Shown here: positions 1-9,496 of the stretch, piece after piece
Layout of the letters: every line of letters begins with the position of its first letter
Numbering within the stretch: the first letter of the stretch is position 1
Origin: Vulcanimicrobiota bacterium
GTDB lineage: Bacteria > Vulcanimicrobiota > Vulcanimicrobiia > Eremiobacterales > Eremiobacteraceae
Reading direction: 5' to 3'
Length of the DNA: 64,000 nt
Assembly (NCBI GenBank): GCA_963805945.1
Contig: CAWDVP010000003.1
Location: 96,001 to 160,000, forward strand
Notes under the pieces: generated by a model
Told to the model about the DNA's origin: nothing
What the model saw: only the letters and a program-made list of their open reading frames with translations
Database searches by the model: none
Program-made: the position numbers and the translations under genes

Positions 1-662
1 ACAACGACGTGCAGGTCATCGTGCTCACCGGCGCGGGCGAGAAGTTCTTCTGCGCAGGCGCGAACATCGCGATGCTGCAGAAAGTCGACCCGACGTTCAA
101 GTACTATTTCTGCCTGCACGCCAACGAGACGCTGACGCGGCTCGAGCAGACGCCGAAGCTGGTGATCGCGGCGCTCAACGGGCACACCGTCGGCGGCGGC
201 CTCGAGATCGCGATGGCGGCGGACATCCGGCTCGCGCGCAAGAACGCGGGCAAGATCGGCCTGCCCGAAGTGGCGCTGGGCGTCCTGCCGGGCACCGGCG
301 GCACGCAGCGGCTCACGCGGCTGCTCGGCCGCGCGAAAGCGCTCGAACTCATGATCACGGGCCGCACGTTCTCGTTCGAAGAGGCGCAAGAGCTCGGACT
401 CGTCACCGAACTGTATGAGGGCGACGGCGCGTCGTTCATGAAGGACGTCTTCACCTACGCCGCACAGTTCACCACGCCGAACAAAGCGGCCAAGGCGGTC
501 GGCAACATCAAGCGGGCGGTCGTGTCGGGCGGCGAAGTGCCGTTCTCCGAGTCGCTCGCGATCGAGCGCGAACTGCAGCAGCTGCTGTTCCAGAGCGGCG
601 ACGCGAAGGAAGGCCTCAACGCGTACGTCGAGAAGCGGATGGCCAAATTCAAGGCTACGTGA
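1..662 (+). CDS. Enoyl-CoA hydratase/isomerase (crotonase) family protein, 5' truncated by window edge
   Basis: Crotonase motifs FCAGAN, ALNGHTVGGGLEIAMAADIR, GLPEVALGVLPGTGGTQRL. Confidence 0.9.
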   Translation, partial: NDVQVIVLTGAGEKFFCAGANIAMLQKVDPTFKYYFCLHANETLTRLEQTPKLVIAALNGHTVGGGLEIAMAADIRLARKNAGKIGLPEVALGVLPGTGGTQRLTRLLGRAKALELMITGRTFSFEEAQELGLVTELYEGDGASFMKDVFTYAAQFTTPNKAAKAVGNIKRAVVSGGEVPFSESLAIERELQQLLFQSGDAKEGLNAYVEKRMAKFKAT

Positions 663-682
663 GAGCAAACGTCACCACGTCT

Positions 683-708
683 GTAGGGGCCGACCTTTAG
701 GTCGGCCC
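683..708 (+). repeat. GTAG-family REP
   Basis: GTAG-GGGCCGACC-TTTA-GGTCGGCCC; same family as the copies flanking the RAYT. Confidence 0.9.
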
Positions 709-725
709 ACGTCTATGCGGGCAGC

Positions 726-1646
726 ATGAGATCACGATTGATGACCATGCGCGACGCGATCGCGCAGCACGTGCCGGACGGCTCCTCGGTCGCGCTCGGC
801 CTCGCGCTCGAGGCGCTCATCCCGTTCGCCGCCGGCCACGAGCTGATCCGCCAACAGCGGCGCGATCTCACGCTCATCGGCCCGATCTCCGACATCCTGT
901 TCGACCAGCTCATCGGCGCGGGCTGCGTCAAGACGGTGATTGCCGCCTGGGCGGGCAACGTCAGCGCGGGGCTCGGCTACAACTACCGCCGCGCCGCCGA
1001 GGACGGCGTACCGCACAAGATCCGCATCGAGGACAACTCGAATTTCACCATCGCACTCGGGTTGCTCGCCGGCGCGCTCGGCGCGCCGTTCATCCCCGCG
1101 CACACGCTGCTCGGCTCCGACATCCTCAAGACCAATCCCAATCTGCGTCCGGCGGCCTCGCCGCTCGACCAAGAACAGGTGCTGCTCGTGCCGGCCCTCG
1201 TCCCCGACGTGACCATCCTGCACGTGCAGCGCGCCGACGAGACGGGCGGCTGCCATTGCTGGGGCAATCTCGGCGTCAGCGAAGAGGGCGGTTTGGCCGG
1301 CAAGAAGGTCATCGTCGTCGCTGAGGAGATCGTCGCGTCGTCCGTGATCAAGAGCGATCCGAATCGCGTGCTCGTGCCTCCAGAGCGCGTGACGGCAGTC
1401 GTGCACGAGCCGGGCGGCGCCCACCCGTCGCCCGTGCAGGGCATGTACGGCCGCGACACCGAGTTCTACCACGAATACCACGTGCAGACGAAGACGGCCG
1501 AGGCGTTCGCGCAATGGCGGCGGCGCTGGGTGGACGGCATCGGCTCGCGCAACGTCTATCTCAAGCTGCTCGGCGGCGAGCGCTGGGGCGCGCTCCAGAT
1601 CAAACACCAGAAGCTGGCCGCGCCCGTGAACTACAGCGCCTCATGA
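726..1646 (+). CDS. CoA-transferase subunit A (GctA/CatI-like)
   Basis: PFAAGHELIRQ, DQLIGAGCV, ILHVQRADE, HEPGGAHPS motifs. Confidence 0.88.
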   Translation: MRSRLMTMRDAIAQHVPDGSSVALGLALEALIPFAAGHELIRQQRRDLTLIGPISDILFDQLIGAGCVKTVIAAWAGNVSAGLGYNYRRAAEDGVPHKIRIEDNSNFTIALGLLAGALGAPFIPAHTLLGSDILKTNPNLRPAASPLDQEQVLLVPALVPDVTILHVQRADETGGCHCWGNLGVSEEGGLAGKKVIVVAEEIVASSVIKSDPNRVLVPPERVTAVVHEPGGAHPSPVQGMYGRDTEFYHEYHVQTKTAEAFAQWRRRWVDGIGSRNVYLKLLGGERWGALQIKHQKLAAPVNYSAS

Positions 1647-2407
1647 AGGCCGCCTACACGCCTTCGGAACTCATGGTGGTGGCCGCCGCGCGCGAGATCA
1701 AAGACGGCGAGGTGGTGTTCGTGGGCATGCGCCTGCCGCTCATCGCGTTCGCCGTGGCCAAACGGCTGCACGCGCCCGACGCGGTCGGCTTTTTCGAGAA
1801 CGGCGTCATCCGCGACACGCCGTCAGCCGAACTGCTCTACACAATGGGCGATCCGCCTAACATCGAGGGCGCGCTCATGTGCTGCCGCATGACGACGGTG
1901 ATGGGGCTCATGCAGAAGGGCGAGGTGGATCTCGGTTTCCTCGGCGGCGCGGAAGTGGATAAGTTCGGCAACCTCAACACCTCGTACATCGGCGATCCAT
2001 ACGCGCCCGAGGTGAAACTGCCTGGCAGCGGCGGCGCGGGCGACATCGCCTCGCTCGCCAAGCGCTTCGTCACCATCATCGAGCACAACCCGCGCAGGCT
2101 GGTGGAGCGCGTCGGTTACATCACCTCGCCCGGCAACGGCGACGGCGCGCACTGGCGCACGAGCGAGGGCCTGCCGCGCGGCGGGCCGGCGGCGATCATC
2201 ACCACGATGGGCGTGCTGCGCTTCGGCTTCGAGTCCGGAGAGGCGTATCTGGACACCATCCATCCGGGCATGGCGCTCGACGAGGTGAAGAAGAACACCG
2301 GCTGGCCGCTTCAGGTGACGCCGGTGCTCAGGACGACGGACGAACCGACGGACGAAGAGCTGCGCATCATCCGTGAGATCGACCCGCAGCGCTTCTGGAC
2401 CTCATAG
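1643..2407 (+). CDS. CoA-transferase subunit B (GctB/CatJ-like)
   Basis: ATGA overlap with subunit A; ELMVVAAAREI, GFLGGAEVDKFGNLN, LPGSGGA. Confidence 0.88.
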   Translation: MKAAYTPSELMVVAAAREIKDGEVVFVGMRLPLIAFAVAKRLHAPDAVGFFENGVIRDTPSAELLYTMGDPPNIEGALMCCRMTTVMGLMQKGEVDLGFLGGAEVDKFGNLNTSYIGDPYAPEVKLPGSGGAGDIASLAKRFVTIIEHNPRRLVERVGYITSPGNGDGAHWRTSEGLPRGGPAAIITTMGVLRFGFESGEAYLDTIHPGMALDEVKKNTGWPLQVTPVLRTTDEPTDEELRIIREIDPQRFWTS

Positions 2408-2423
2408 CTAGGTCGAGGCGAAA

Positions 2424-2460
2424 AGCAAAGAGGCGCGCCGTAGCCGGCGCGCCCTTTTGC
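2424..2460. terminator. Probable bidirectional intrinsic terminator
   Basis: Hairpin GGCGCGCCG-TAGC-CGGCGCGCC with A-rich/T-rich flanks between convergent genes. Confidence 0.65.
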
Positions 2461-2483
2461 GTGAGACTGTCGCGTATCGGGTT

Positions 2484-3422
2484 CTACGGTCCGAACGCGA
2501 TGCCGTAGGCGTTGGCCACGGTGAAGACGAGGGTCGCAGTGCTCGTGGCCGAGATGGGCGCCGGAATCTCGTAGACGCCGCCTGTGCTGGATACGGCCCA
2601 GAGGTTGCCTGCGGCATCGAAAGCCGTGCCTTGGACGTAGGTCGCCGCCGTCACGAGCAGACCGAATGCACGCGTGCCGGTGCCCGAGACGAACGGCTGG
2701 TTGAATACGTCGATCGTGCCGTCCACCGTGGCGTTCGCCACGAAGACGCGATTGCTCGCGTCCACCAGCAGCCCGTAGTTGTCCTGGTTCGGCAGGACGA
2801 CCGCCGTGGGCACGCTCGCCGCGCTGAACGGCGGCACGAACTTGAGCGTCGAGGTCGTGCTCGAGACGTAGAGGTTGCCCGACGAGTCGAAGCCCATGCC
2901 GTACGGATAGCCGAGACCGTTCACAACCGCGTTGGCGGTGATCTCGTAACTGTCGGTGGCGGCCGCGGTGACCGGTCCGTTGAAAACGTCGATGCAGCAC
3001 GTAGCGCTGTTGAGGACGCCGACGTAGATCGTGCCCGTCGAATCTTCGGTCACCGACTCTGTGTCGGTATGGGCCGTCGTCAGCGCGAACGCCGGCGTGC
3101 TCGCCGCCGAGATCGGCGGTGTGTACACATCCACGGTCGGCACTGAGTTGAGCGGTACGAAAAGCCGGCCGGCCTTATCGACGAAGATCTCTGCGGGATC
3201 GTTGAGACCCGAGATCGTGCCGGTCGGGGTGCTTGTTCCCGAAAGCGGTAGAGAATAGATCTGCACTCCGCCGGCCACGGCGAAGATCGACAGATACATG
3301 TGCTTGAACGAGGGCGTCGGCGTTGGGCCTGGGCTATTCGTGGTCGACGTATTGCAGCCCGCGCCCAGCGATACGATGGCCGCGCCGATAATGCACAGCC
3401 CGAATAATTGAAGACGCTTCAT
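2484..3422 (-). CDS. Lipoprotein with NHL-like/beta-propeller repeats
   Basis: Lipobox LGAGC, PT linker, repeated (G/F)xD..G(N/R)L(Y/F/W)V units. Confidence 0.75.
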   Translation of the reverse strand: MKRLQLFGLCIIGAAIVSLGAGCNTSTTNSPGPTPTPSFKHMYLSIFAVAGGVQIYSLPLSGTSTPTGTISGLNDPAEIFVDKAGRLFVPLNSVPTVDVYTPPISAASTPAFALTTAHTDTESVTEDSTGTIYVGVLNSATCCIDVFNGPVTAAATDSYEITANAVVNGLGYPYGMGFDSSGNLYVSSTTSTLKFVPPFSAASVPTAVVLPNQDNYGLLVDASNRVFVANATVDGTIDVFNQPFVSGTGTRAFGLLVTAATYVQGTAFDAAGNLWAVSSTGGVYEIPAPISATSTATLVFTVANAYGIAFGP

Positions 3423-3524
3423 CAAGAGAATATCTCCTCATCATATAGGGTGGTATGCACAGGAGGTTGCCGTCCCCGAAAGGGGTATCCTCCATTCCCA
3501 GGCCATTCTCATGAGAGGTGCCTC

Positions 3525-4712
3525 GTGAAGAGAATGTTCGCGTTTTTGTTCGCTTTCATCGCGCTGCAGACGCCAGCCCTCGCCTCAAGCGACGACGCGC
3601 GTCTTAGCGCATCGCTGCATAACGTGCTCGGCGACTACCTCGCCAGCAGAGAGAAGATCGAACACATCTCAGCGGCTTCATTGAGCGTGAGCTTCCGTGC
3701 TGATGCGAAGAACCTCGACGTCGCGGCCGGCACGACCAGTTACGCCGGCACGGTCCCGATCACGCCGGCGACGCTCTTCCAGATCGGCAGCAACACCAAA
3801 GCGTTCACCGCGGCGACGCTGCTTCAGTTGGAAGCCGAGGGCAAGCTCAGCATCGACGATACGGTCGGGCTGTGGCTGCCGCAATATCCGGCGTGGAAGG
3901 CGGTGACCATCCGGCACCTGCTCGACATGACGAGCCCGATCCCCACGTATGACAACACGCCCGCGATGCAGCGCGGAGAATCATCCATCCATCGCCGCTG
4001 GACCGCAGCGCAGCTTGTCGCGTTCGTGGATCCGGTCTACGGGCACGCGCCACCGCCGACGAAAGGCTGGTCATACTCCAACACCAACTACCTGCTCGCG
4101 CAGATGATCATCGAGCGCGCGACGGGCGCGAGCTATGCGAGCGAACTCAGCCGGCGTTTCTTCGGGCCGCTCGGTCTGACGAGCACGTACTACAGCCCCG
4201 ACACCTATCTGGCGTCCGTCACGGACCGCATGGCGTCAGGGTATTTCTGGAGCTCCGACCCCGACAACGCATCGCTGTCGCAACTCTATGGCCTCGACAT
4301 GCGGCTCGCCGACATGTCGTGGGCGCAAGGCGCCGGCGGCATCGTCTCGACGCCCGACGATCTCACGCATTGGGTGCGCGCGCTCTATCAAGGGGACGTG
4401 CTGGCCGCCGCGCAGCGCAAGGAGCTGCAGCGCGTCGTGTCCGACAGCGCGGGTCTGCCGATAGGCAGCGCCACGGCCAAACAGCCGAAGGGGTTCGGCC
4501 TCGGCGTCGGTCAGCTCTATAAGCCTGGCCTCGGCACGTTCTGGTACTATGAAGGCGAGACGATGGGATATCGCATGCTCTACGCATATTTTCCCATGAG
4601 CGACCTGGTCATAGCAGTAGGGCTCAACAGCCAGCCCAACGCCAAGGAAGATCACATCGGCGAGCTCATGTTCATGGTGTATGAGACATTACACAAGGCC
4701 GGACGTGTGTGA
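3525..4712 (+). CDS. Secreted serine hydrolase, beta-lactamase/D-Ala-D-Ala peptidase family
   Basis: Signal peptide; FQIGSNTK (SxxK), YSNTNY (YxN), TIRHLLDMTS. Confidence 0.88.
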   Translation: MKRMFAFLFAFIALQTPALASSDDARLSASLHNVLGDYLASREKIEHISAASLSVSFRADAKNLDVAAGTTSYAGTVPITPATLFQIGSNTKAFTAATLLQLEAEGKLSIDDTVGLWLPQYPAWKAVTIRHLLDMTSPIPTYDNTPAMQRGESSIHRRWTAAQLVAFVDPVYGHAPPPTKGWSYSNTNYLLAQMIIERATGASYASELSRRFFGPLGLTSTYYSPDTYLASVTDRMASGYFWSSDPDNASLSQLYGLDMRLADMSWAQGAGGIVSTPDDLTHWVRALYQGDVLAAAQRKELQRVVSDSAGLPIGSATAKQPKGFGLGVGQLYKPGLGTFWYYEGETMGYRMLYAYFPMSDLVIAVGLNSQPNAKEDHIGELMFMVYETLHKAGRV

Positions 4713-4772
4713 CGGCTCTCCATGGGACCTTCCGGGGAGGGGAGGCCGCGGAAGGTGCATAAAGGGTCGGGC

Positions 4773-5621
4773 ATGATACGCAAAACAGGCGTCTTAGACG
4801 CGCTCAAACCCTTGTGCTACGGCCTCGCGCTCGTGGTCGCGCTGGCGTGCTCCGCGCAGTCCGCGCTCGCGCAGGACACCGATGCGACGCTCGCGCCGCT
4901 GACCGTCGCCGCGGCGCCGCCGCCCAGCACCAGCAAGGATTCATGGCAGTACACCGTCACGCCGTACATCTGGTTCACGGGTCTTGCCGGTTCCGCAAGC
5001 GTCGGCCCATTCGGAGCGAACTTCAACGTGCCGACCTCCACGATCCTGAGCCATCTCACCGGTGTCGCCCTGATCGAGGGCGAGGCGCATCACGATCGGC
5101 TCGGCGTGCTGGCCGACGTGTTCTACGCGAATCTCAAAGACACCAAGACGAGCCAGCTCGGGCTCATGCAGAACCCGGGCAGCGCCTCGTTCACCAACGC
5201 CATGCTCGTCGTCAATCCCGACGTCACGTACAAGATCATCGACCGCGACGACTACTCGGCTGAGATCCTTGCGGGGGTGCGCTATTGGGATGTGAGCGGC
5301 CGGCTGCAGTTCACGCCGAACACTCTTAACCTCGGCCCGTATACGGGCAACTCGACCTGGGTAGACCCGCTCATCGGCGCGCGCATCAAGGTGCCGTTCG
5401 GCGACAAATGGGGAGCGTACTACTGGGGCGATATCGCCGTCGGCGGCGGTTCGGCCCGCGACTGGCAGACCATCGGCGCCGCGACCTATAAGGGCAGCGT
5501 CGCGACGACGTATAGCCTCGGCTATCGGTACCTGTACGATCTCAAGACAAACGGCGGCAACGTCGCGGTCAACATGAGCATCAAGGGCCCGTTCGTCGGG
5601 TTCACCTTCAAACTGAAGTAA
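4773..5621 (+). CDS. Putative outer-membrane beta-barrel protein
   Basis: Signal peptide; WQYTVTPYIW, WVDPLIGAR, LGYRYL, terminal GPFVGFTFKLK amphipathic strands. Confidence 0.7.
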   Translation: MIRKTGVLDALKPLCYGLALVVALACSAQSALAQDTDATLAPLTVAAAPPPSTSKDSWQYTVTPYIWFTGLAGSASVGPFGANFNVPTSTILSHLTGVALIEGEAHHDRLGVLADVFYANLKDTKTSQLGLMQNPGSASFTNAMLVVNPDVTYKIIDRDDYSAEILAGVRYWDVSGRLQFTPNTLNLGPYTGNSTWVDPLIGARIKVPFGDKWGAYYWGDIAVGGGSARDWQTIGAATYKGSVATTYSLGYRYLYDLKTNGGNVAVNMSIKGPFVGFTFKLK

Positions 5622-5629
5622 GCCACCGA

Positions 5630-5656
5630 CGGTCGAATACATTCGACCGCTCCATA
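5630..5656 (-). repeat. GGAG-type REP-like palindrome
   Basis: Reverse complement TATGGAG-CGGTCGAA-TGTA-TTCGACCG; matches copies at 34042 and 55106. Confidence 0.8.
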
Positions 5657-5675
5657 CGATACGAAACGATACGAG

Positions 5676-6317
5676 TCAAGACGCCGCGTGTGAGAACAGC
5701 GGCGTCTTCGCTAATCCGTTGATGATGAACTGGATGGCCAGCGCGGACAAGATGATGCCGAGCAGGCGGGTGAGCACGCCGACGCCGGTCTTGCCGATCC
5801 AGCGCAGCACGAACGCGGAACCGCGCATGCACAGCCAGGTCGCGAACAGCGCCAGCGCGTAGGCCGCGTAGACGATGGTGAGCTTCACCTTGTCGCCGTG
5901 GCTCAGGCTCACCAGGAGCAGCACGGTCGCGATCGTGCCCGGGCCGGCGATCATCGGGATCGCCAGCGGGAAGATCGCCGCGTTCTCGCGCTCGATCGCC
6001 TCTCGCTCCTCTTCCGGTTTGGCGCGCGCGCCCGAGGGCCTCGCGAAGAGCATGTCGATCGAGATGAGCAGCAACAGCAGGCCGCCCGCGATCTCGAACG
6101 CCGGCAGGGTGATGTTCAGGTAGATGAGCACGTAGTGTCCGAGCAGCGCCATGAACAAGATCACCGCTGCGGCGATGATCACCGCGCGGTCGATCATGCG
6201 CCTGCGGGCGTCGGGCGGCGCGGATGCGGTCACCGCGAGCGACAGCGGCACCATGCCGACCGGATCGATGATCGTCAGCGCGGTCGCGAACGCGGTGATG
6301 GCGAAGTTGAGTTCCAC
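5676..6317 (-). CDS. MarC family membrane protein
   Basis: IIDPVG, AIFPLAIPMIAGPGTI, LTRLLGIILSALAIQFI. Confidence 0.92.
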   Translation of the reverse strand: MELNFAITAFATALTIIDPVGMVPLSLAVTASAPPDARRRMIDRAVIIAAAVILFMALLGHYVLIYLNITLPAFEIAGGLLLLLISIDMLFARPSGARAKPEEEREAIERENAAIFPLAIPMIAGPGTIATVLLLVSLSHGDKVKLTIVYAAYALALFATWLCMRGSAFVLRWIGKTGVGVLTRLLGIILSALAIQFIINGLAKTPLFSHAAS

Positions 6318-6339
6318 GAGCCGCTACTTCGCGGCGGGG

Positions 6340-9027
6340 CTAGCGGCCTCCACCCGATTCCACCAGACCCACGAACTTCTCGACCAGTTCGGGATCGAAC
6401 TGCGTGCCGGCGCGGCTGCGCAGCTCGCGCACGGCCTGGTCGTACTCGATGCGTTTGTGGTACGGCCGGTCGATGACCATGGCGGAATAGGCGTCGATGA
6501 GCGAGACGATGCGCGCGAGGAACGGGATGTCCTGGCCGGCGAGCCCCTCGGGATAGCCCTTGCCGTCATAGCGCTCGTGGTGGTAGCGCACCGCTTTGGA
6601 GGCGTCGGCGAAACCCGGGATGCTCTCGATGAGCATGGCGCCGATCGTGACGTGGCGCTTCATCAATTCGTATTCCTCGGGTGCGAGGCGGCCGGGCTTG
6701 GCGAGCAGGTGCGCGGGCAGCGCGATCTTGCCGACGTCGTGCAGCACCGAGGCGCGCAGCAGCGAGTCCATGTCTTCCTTGTTGAGCGCCAGCACGTTGG
6801 AGAATTCTCGCGCCACCCGGTTGACGTGCTCGAGGTGGCTGCGCGTCGAACGGTCACGCGCCAGCAGCGCGGCGAGCAGCTCCGAGACCAGCCCGAAGTC
6901 GCCCTCGAGCCGCAGCTGCGTCGTGCCGATGCGCTGCAGCCGCGTGGCCGGCCGGCCCATGCGCTTGCTCTGGTAGAGCGCCGCGTCAGCTTTGGCGATG
7001 AGATCCGCGGGCGTCTCCGCGTCTTGCGGGAACAGCGCGTAGCCGATCGAGCACTTCACCGGGATGGCGGCGCCGTCCGCGAGACGAAGATCGCGCTCTT
7101 CGAGCTCCGCGGTGACGCGGTTGATGATGTTCTCGGTCTGCTCGCGCGTCGTGTCCGGCAAGACCACCATGAACTCATCGCCGCCATAGCGGCCGACGAC
7201 GTCGCTGGAGCGCACCGCCGACAGCAGCACCGAGGTCACCATCTTCAGCGCGTCGTCGCCGACGAGGTGGCCATACGTGTCGTTGACGTTCTTGAAGTTG
7301 TCGAGGTCCATCATGACCGCCGCGACGGTCTGGCCGCTCGTGCGCGAGCGCCGCAGCTCTTCCTCGAGCCGCGTCTTGAGGTAGCGGTGGTGATAGACGC
7401 CGGTCAACGGGTCTTGATCGGCGCGCGATTCGGCCTGGTCGTAGAGCTGCGCGTTCTGCACCGCGACCGCGAGCTGCTCGGCGATGGCGGTGAGCAGGCG
7501 CACGCTGGAATCGTCGTACGCGCCCTCGCGATAGGCCTGCGCCGACATCACGCCGATGCACTTGTTGCCGAGGCGCAAGGGCGCCATGGCCATCGAGCGG
7601 ACCTTGGTCTCTTTATCCGTGCCGACGACGCCGTGCGGCTGGTTGTTGATCTCTTCGAGCGTCTGGAAGACGAGCGTGCGGTTCGAGGTGATGACGCGTT
7701 CGGCGATCGAGCTCTTGACGGGCTGGTCGCCCGGCTCGATCACGTTGTTGCCCTCGGAGAAATACTCCATGTGGAGCGCGTTGCCGTCCTCGGTGCGCAG
7801 GGCCACGAAGAAGCCAGGCGCCTCGATGACGCGGCGCACCTCTTCGCACACCGTCTGGTAGAGCGTGCCGAGCGACAGCTGCGCGGCAAGCGCGCGCGAG
7901 ACCTCGGAGAGCAGCTTCAGCTCGCGGGCGCGTTGGTCGGCCTGCACGACCGCCTGCGAGTTCTCGACGGCGATCGCGGCCTGCTCGGCGACGGCGACGA
8001 CGAGGTCGCGATCGCGTTCGCTGTACGCGTGCGCGCGCGAGCTCTGGACCGAGATGACGCCGATGGTGCGCGCGCCGATGCTCATGGGGACGACGAGCGC
8101 GGAGACGACGTCTTCGCTGTTCGCGTCGCCGTGCATGATGACCGGATACGGTTTCCAATCCTCCGGCGTGCGCATCAGCAGCGGCACGCCCTCGCGGAAC
8201 ACCTGGCCGCACAGCGAGCCTTGCAGCGGCATCGGCTCGACGACGTCGAGCACGCGATAGTGGTCGACGCAGTAGGGGATGGTCATCAGACCCTGTTCCC
8301 AAGAACCGAGCGCCACCCAGAACGTGGATGCGTCGAGCACGCCGCCGAGCAGGCGATGCAGGCGGTGGAACAGCCGTCGCAGATCGCGCTCCGACGCGAG
8401 CGCGCGGGCGGTCTCGAGCATGAGCCGCAGCTCTTGGCTGCGCGCGCGCGCCTCTTCGGCCGCGTTCTTGTTGCGGACGACGAGCGCGGCGACGTCAGCG
8501 GCGGCGGCGACGAACTCGAGCTCTTTCTCGCCGAACACGCTGTCGCGCGGATTGCGCACAGCGAGGTAGCCGAGGTTGCGGCCGTCGTGGCGCACCGGTG
8601 CGATGATCACCGAGCCGATATTGCTCGGGATGCCGCGGCTGGCGAGCGTCGCGGCGTTGGCCGGGCGCCCGAATTGGAGCGCGCGTCCGGCGCGCATCGC
8701 CTGTGCGACGAAGCCGCGTTCGATGACGGGCAGCGAGTTGCGATCGTCGAGGTTGCGCTGATAGCGGATGCGGAAACCATCGCGCGCCGTCGGATCGGCG
8801 GTCGCCGCGACGAGGATCGGCGTGTCGATGTACGAGCGCAGCGCGGTGTGGACGTGGCTGAAGAACTGCTCCTCGGGATGTCCGGCGGCGAGCGAGAGCA
8901 GCTGCGCGTAGAAGGATGAGTCCCACGTCAGCGACGGGGATGATTCGGTTCGCAGCAGCGGGTTGAAGCCGGGCGACGCCGGCTTGCCTGCGCCCGCTGC
9001 CGGAAGGCCTCTTCCGAACTGGGGCAC
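6340..9027 (-). CDS. Multi-GAF sensor with GGDEF diguanylate cyclase and HD-GYP phosphodiesterase domains
   Basis: Three GAF-like segments; DLDNFKNVNDTYGHLVGD, RSSD I-site, GGDEF; LHDVGK, HHERYDGKGYP. Confidence 0.92.
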   Translation of the reverse strand: MPQFGRGLPAAGAGKPASPGFNPLLRTESSPSLTWDSSFYAQLLSLAAGHPEEQFFSHVHTALRSYIDTPILVAATADPTARDGFRIRYQRNLDDRNSLPVIERGFVAQAMRAGRALQFGRPANAATLASRGIPSNIGSVIIAPVRHDGRNLGYLAVRNPRDSVFGEKELEFVAAAADVAALVVRNKNAAEEARARSQELRLMLETARALASERDLRRLFHRLHRLLGGVLDASTFWVALGSWEQGLMTIPYCVDHYRVLDVVEPMPLQGSLCGQVFREGVPLLMRTPEDWKPYPVIMHGDANSEDVVSALVVPMSIGARTIGVISVQSSRAHAYSERDRDLVVAVAEQAAIAVENSQAVVQADQRARELKLLSEVSRALAAQLSLGTLYQTVCEEVRRVIEAPGFFVALRTEDGNALHMEYFSEGNNVIEPGDQPVKSSIAERVITSNRTLVFQTLEEINNQPHGVVGTDKETKVRSMAMAPLRLGNKCIGVMSAQAYREGAYDDSSVRLLTAIAEQLAVAVQNAQLYDQAESRADQDPLTGVYHHRYLKTRLEEELRRSRTSGQTVAAVMMDLDNFKNVNDTYGHLVGDDALKMVTSVLLSAVRSSDVVGRYGGDEFMVVLPDTTREQTENIINRVTAELEERDLRLADGAAIPVKCSIGYALFPQDAETPADLIAKADAALYQSKRMGRPATRLQRIGTTQLRLEGDFGLVSELLAALLARDRSTRSHLEHVNRVAREFSNVLALNKEDMDSLLRASVLHDVGKIALPAHLLAKPGRLAPEEYELMKRHVTIGAMLIESIPGFADASKAVRYHHERYDGKGYPEGLAGQDIPFLARIVSLIDAYSAMVIDRPYHKRIEYDQAVRELRSRAGTQFDPELVEKFVGLVESGGGR

Positions 9028-9163
9028 GTTCTTAATCGCTCACGTCCTCTTCCGGATAGGGTGGTGCAGATGTGACCTCCGGCACCGGGCATATGTGACA
9101 CCCGATACCGCCGAGCAAGCCAGCCCAAGGGGGCCCGGGGCGGCTGCCCGAAGCCCGAGGGCC

Positions 9164-9496
9164 GTGCGACGCTCTATTGGACTTATCGTCATTCTCTTGG
9201 CCTTCGCGACCGGGTGTAACGTCCCGCCGCCCGACACGGTGAAGCCGGGCACGCTCACCGGCGTGGTGACCGGGCCGAACGGCCCGGTGGTGGCCGCCAA
9301 CGTGAGCGTCACCCCGTCGGATAATTCCTATCATGTGGGACAGACGGACTCCCAAGGCTATTATATCATCACAGGCATTCCGCCGGGGTCGGTGGTGGTG
9401 TCGATCTCCGCTCCAGGCTATCAGACCTACAACGCTAGCGTGATGATCCCGGCCAACGGCACCGTCACCCAGAATGCGAGCCTCAGCCAGTCGTAG
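9164..9496 (+). CDS. Small lipoprotein with carboxypeptidase-regulatory-like domain
   Basis: Lipobox ATGC; GTLTGVV...TDSQGYY..GIPPG...SAPGY. Confidence 0.75.
   Translation: MRRSIGLIVILLAFATGCNVPPPDTVKPGTLTGVVTGPNGPVVAANVSVTPSDNSYHVGQTDSQGYYIITGIPPGSVVVSISAPGYQTYNASVMIPANGTVTQNASLSQS

Noticed and set aside
6151..8919. 922-aa plus-strand ORF and other long antisense ORFs (e.g. 20427-22691, 17353-19068, 34411-36057)
   Set aside because: Shadow frames of well-supported genes in GC-rich DNA with no recognisable motifs
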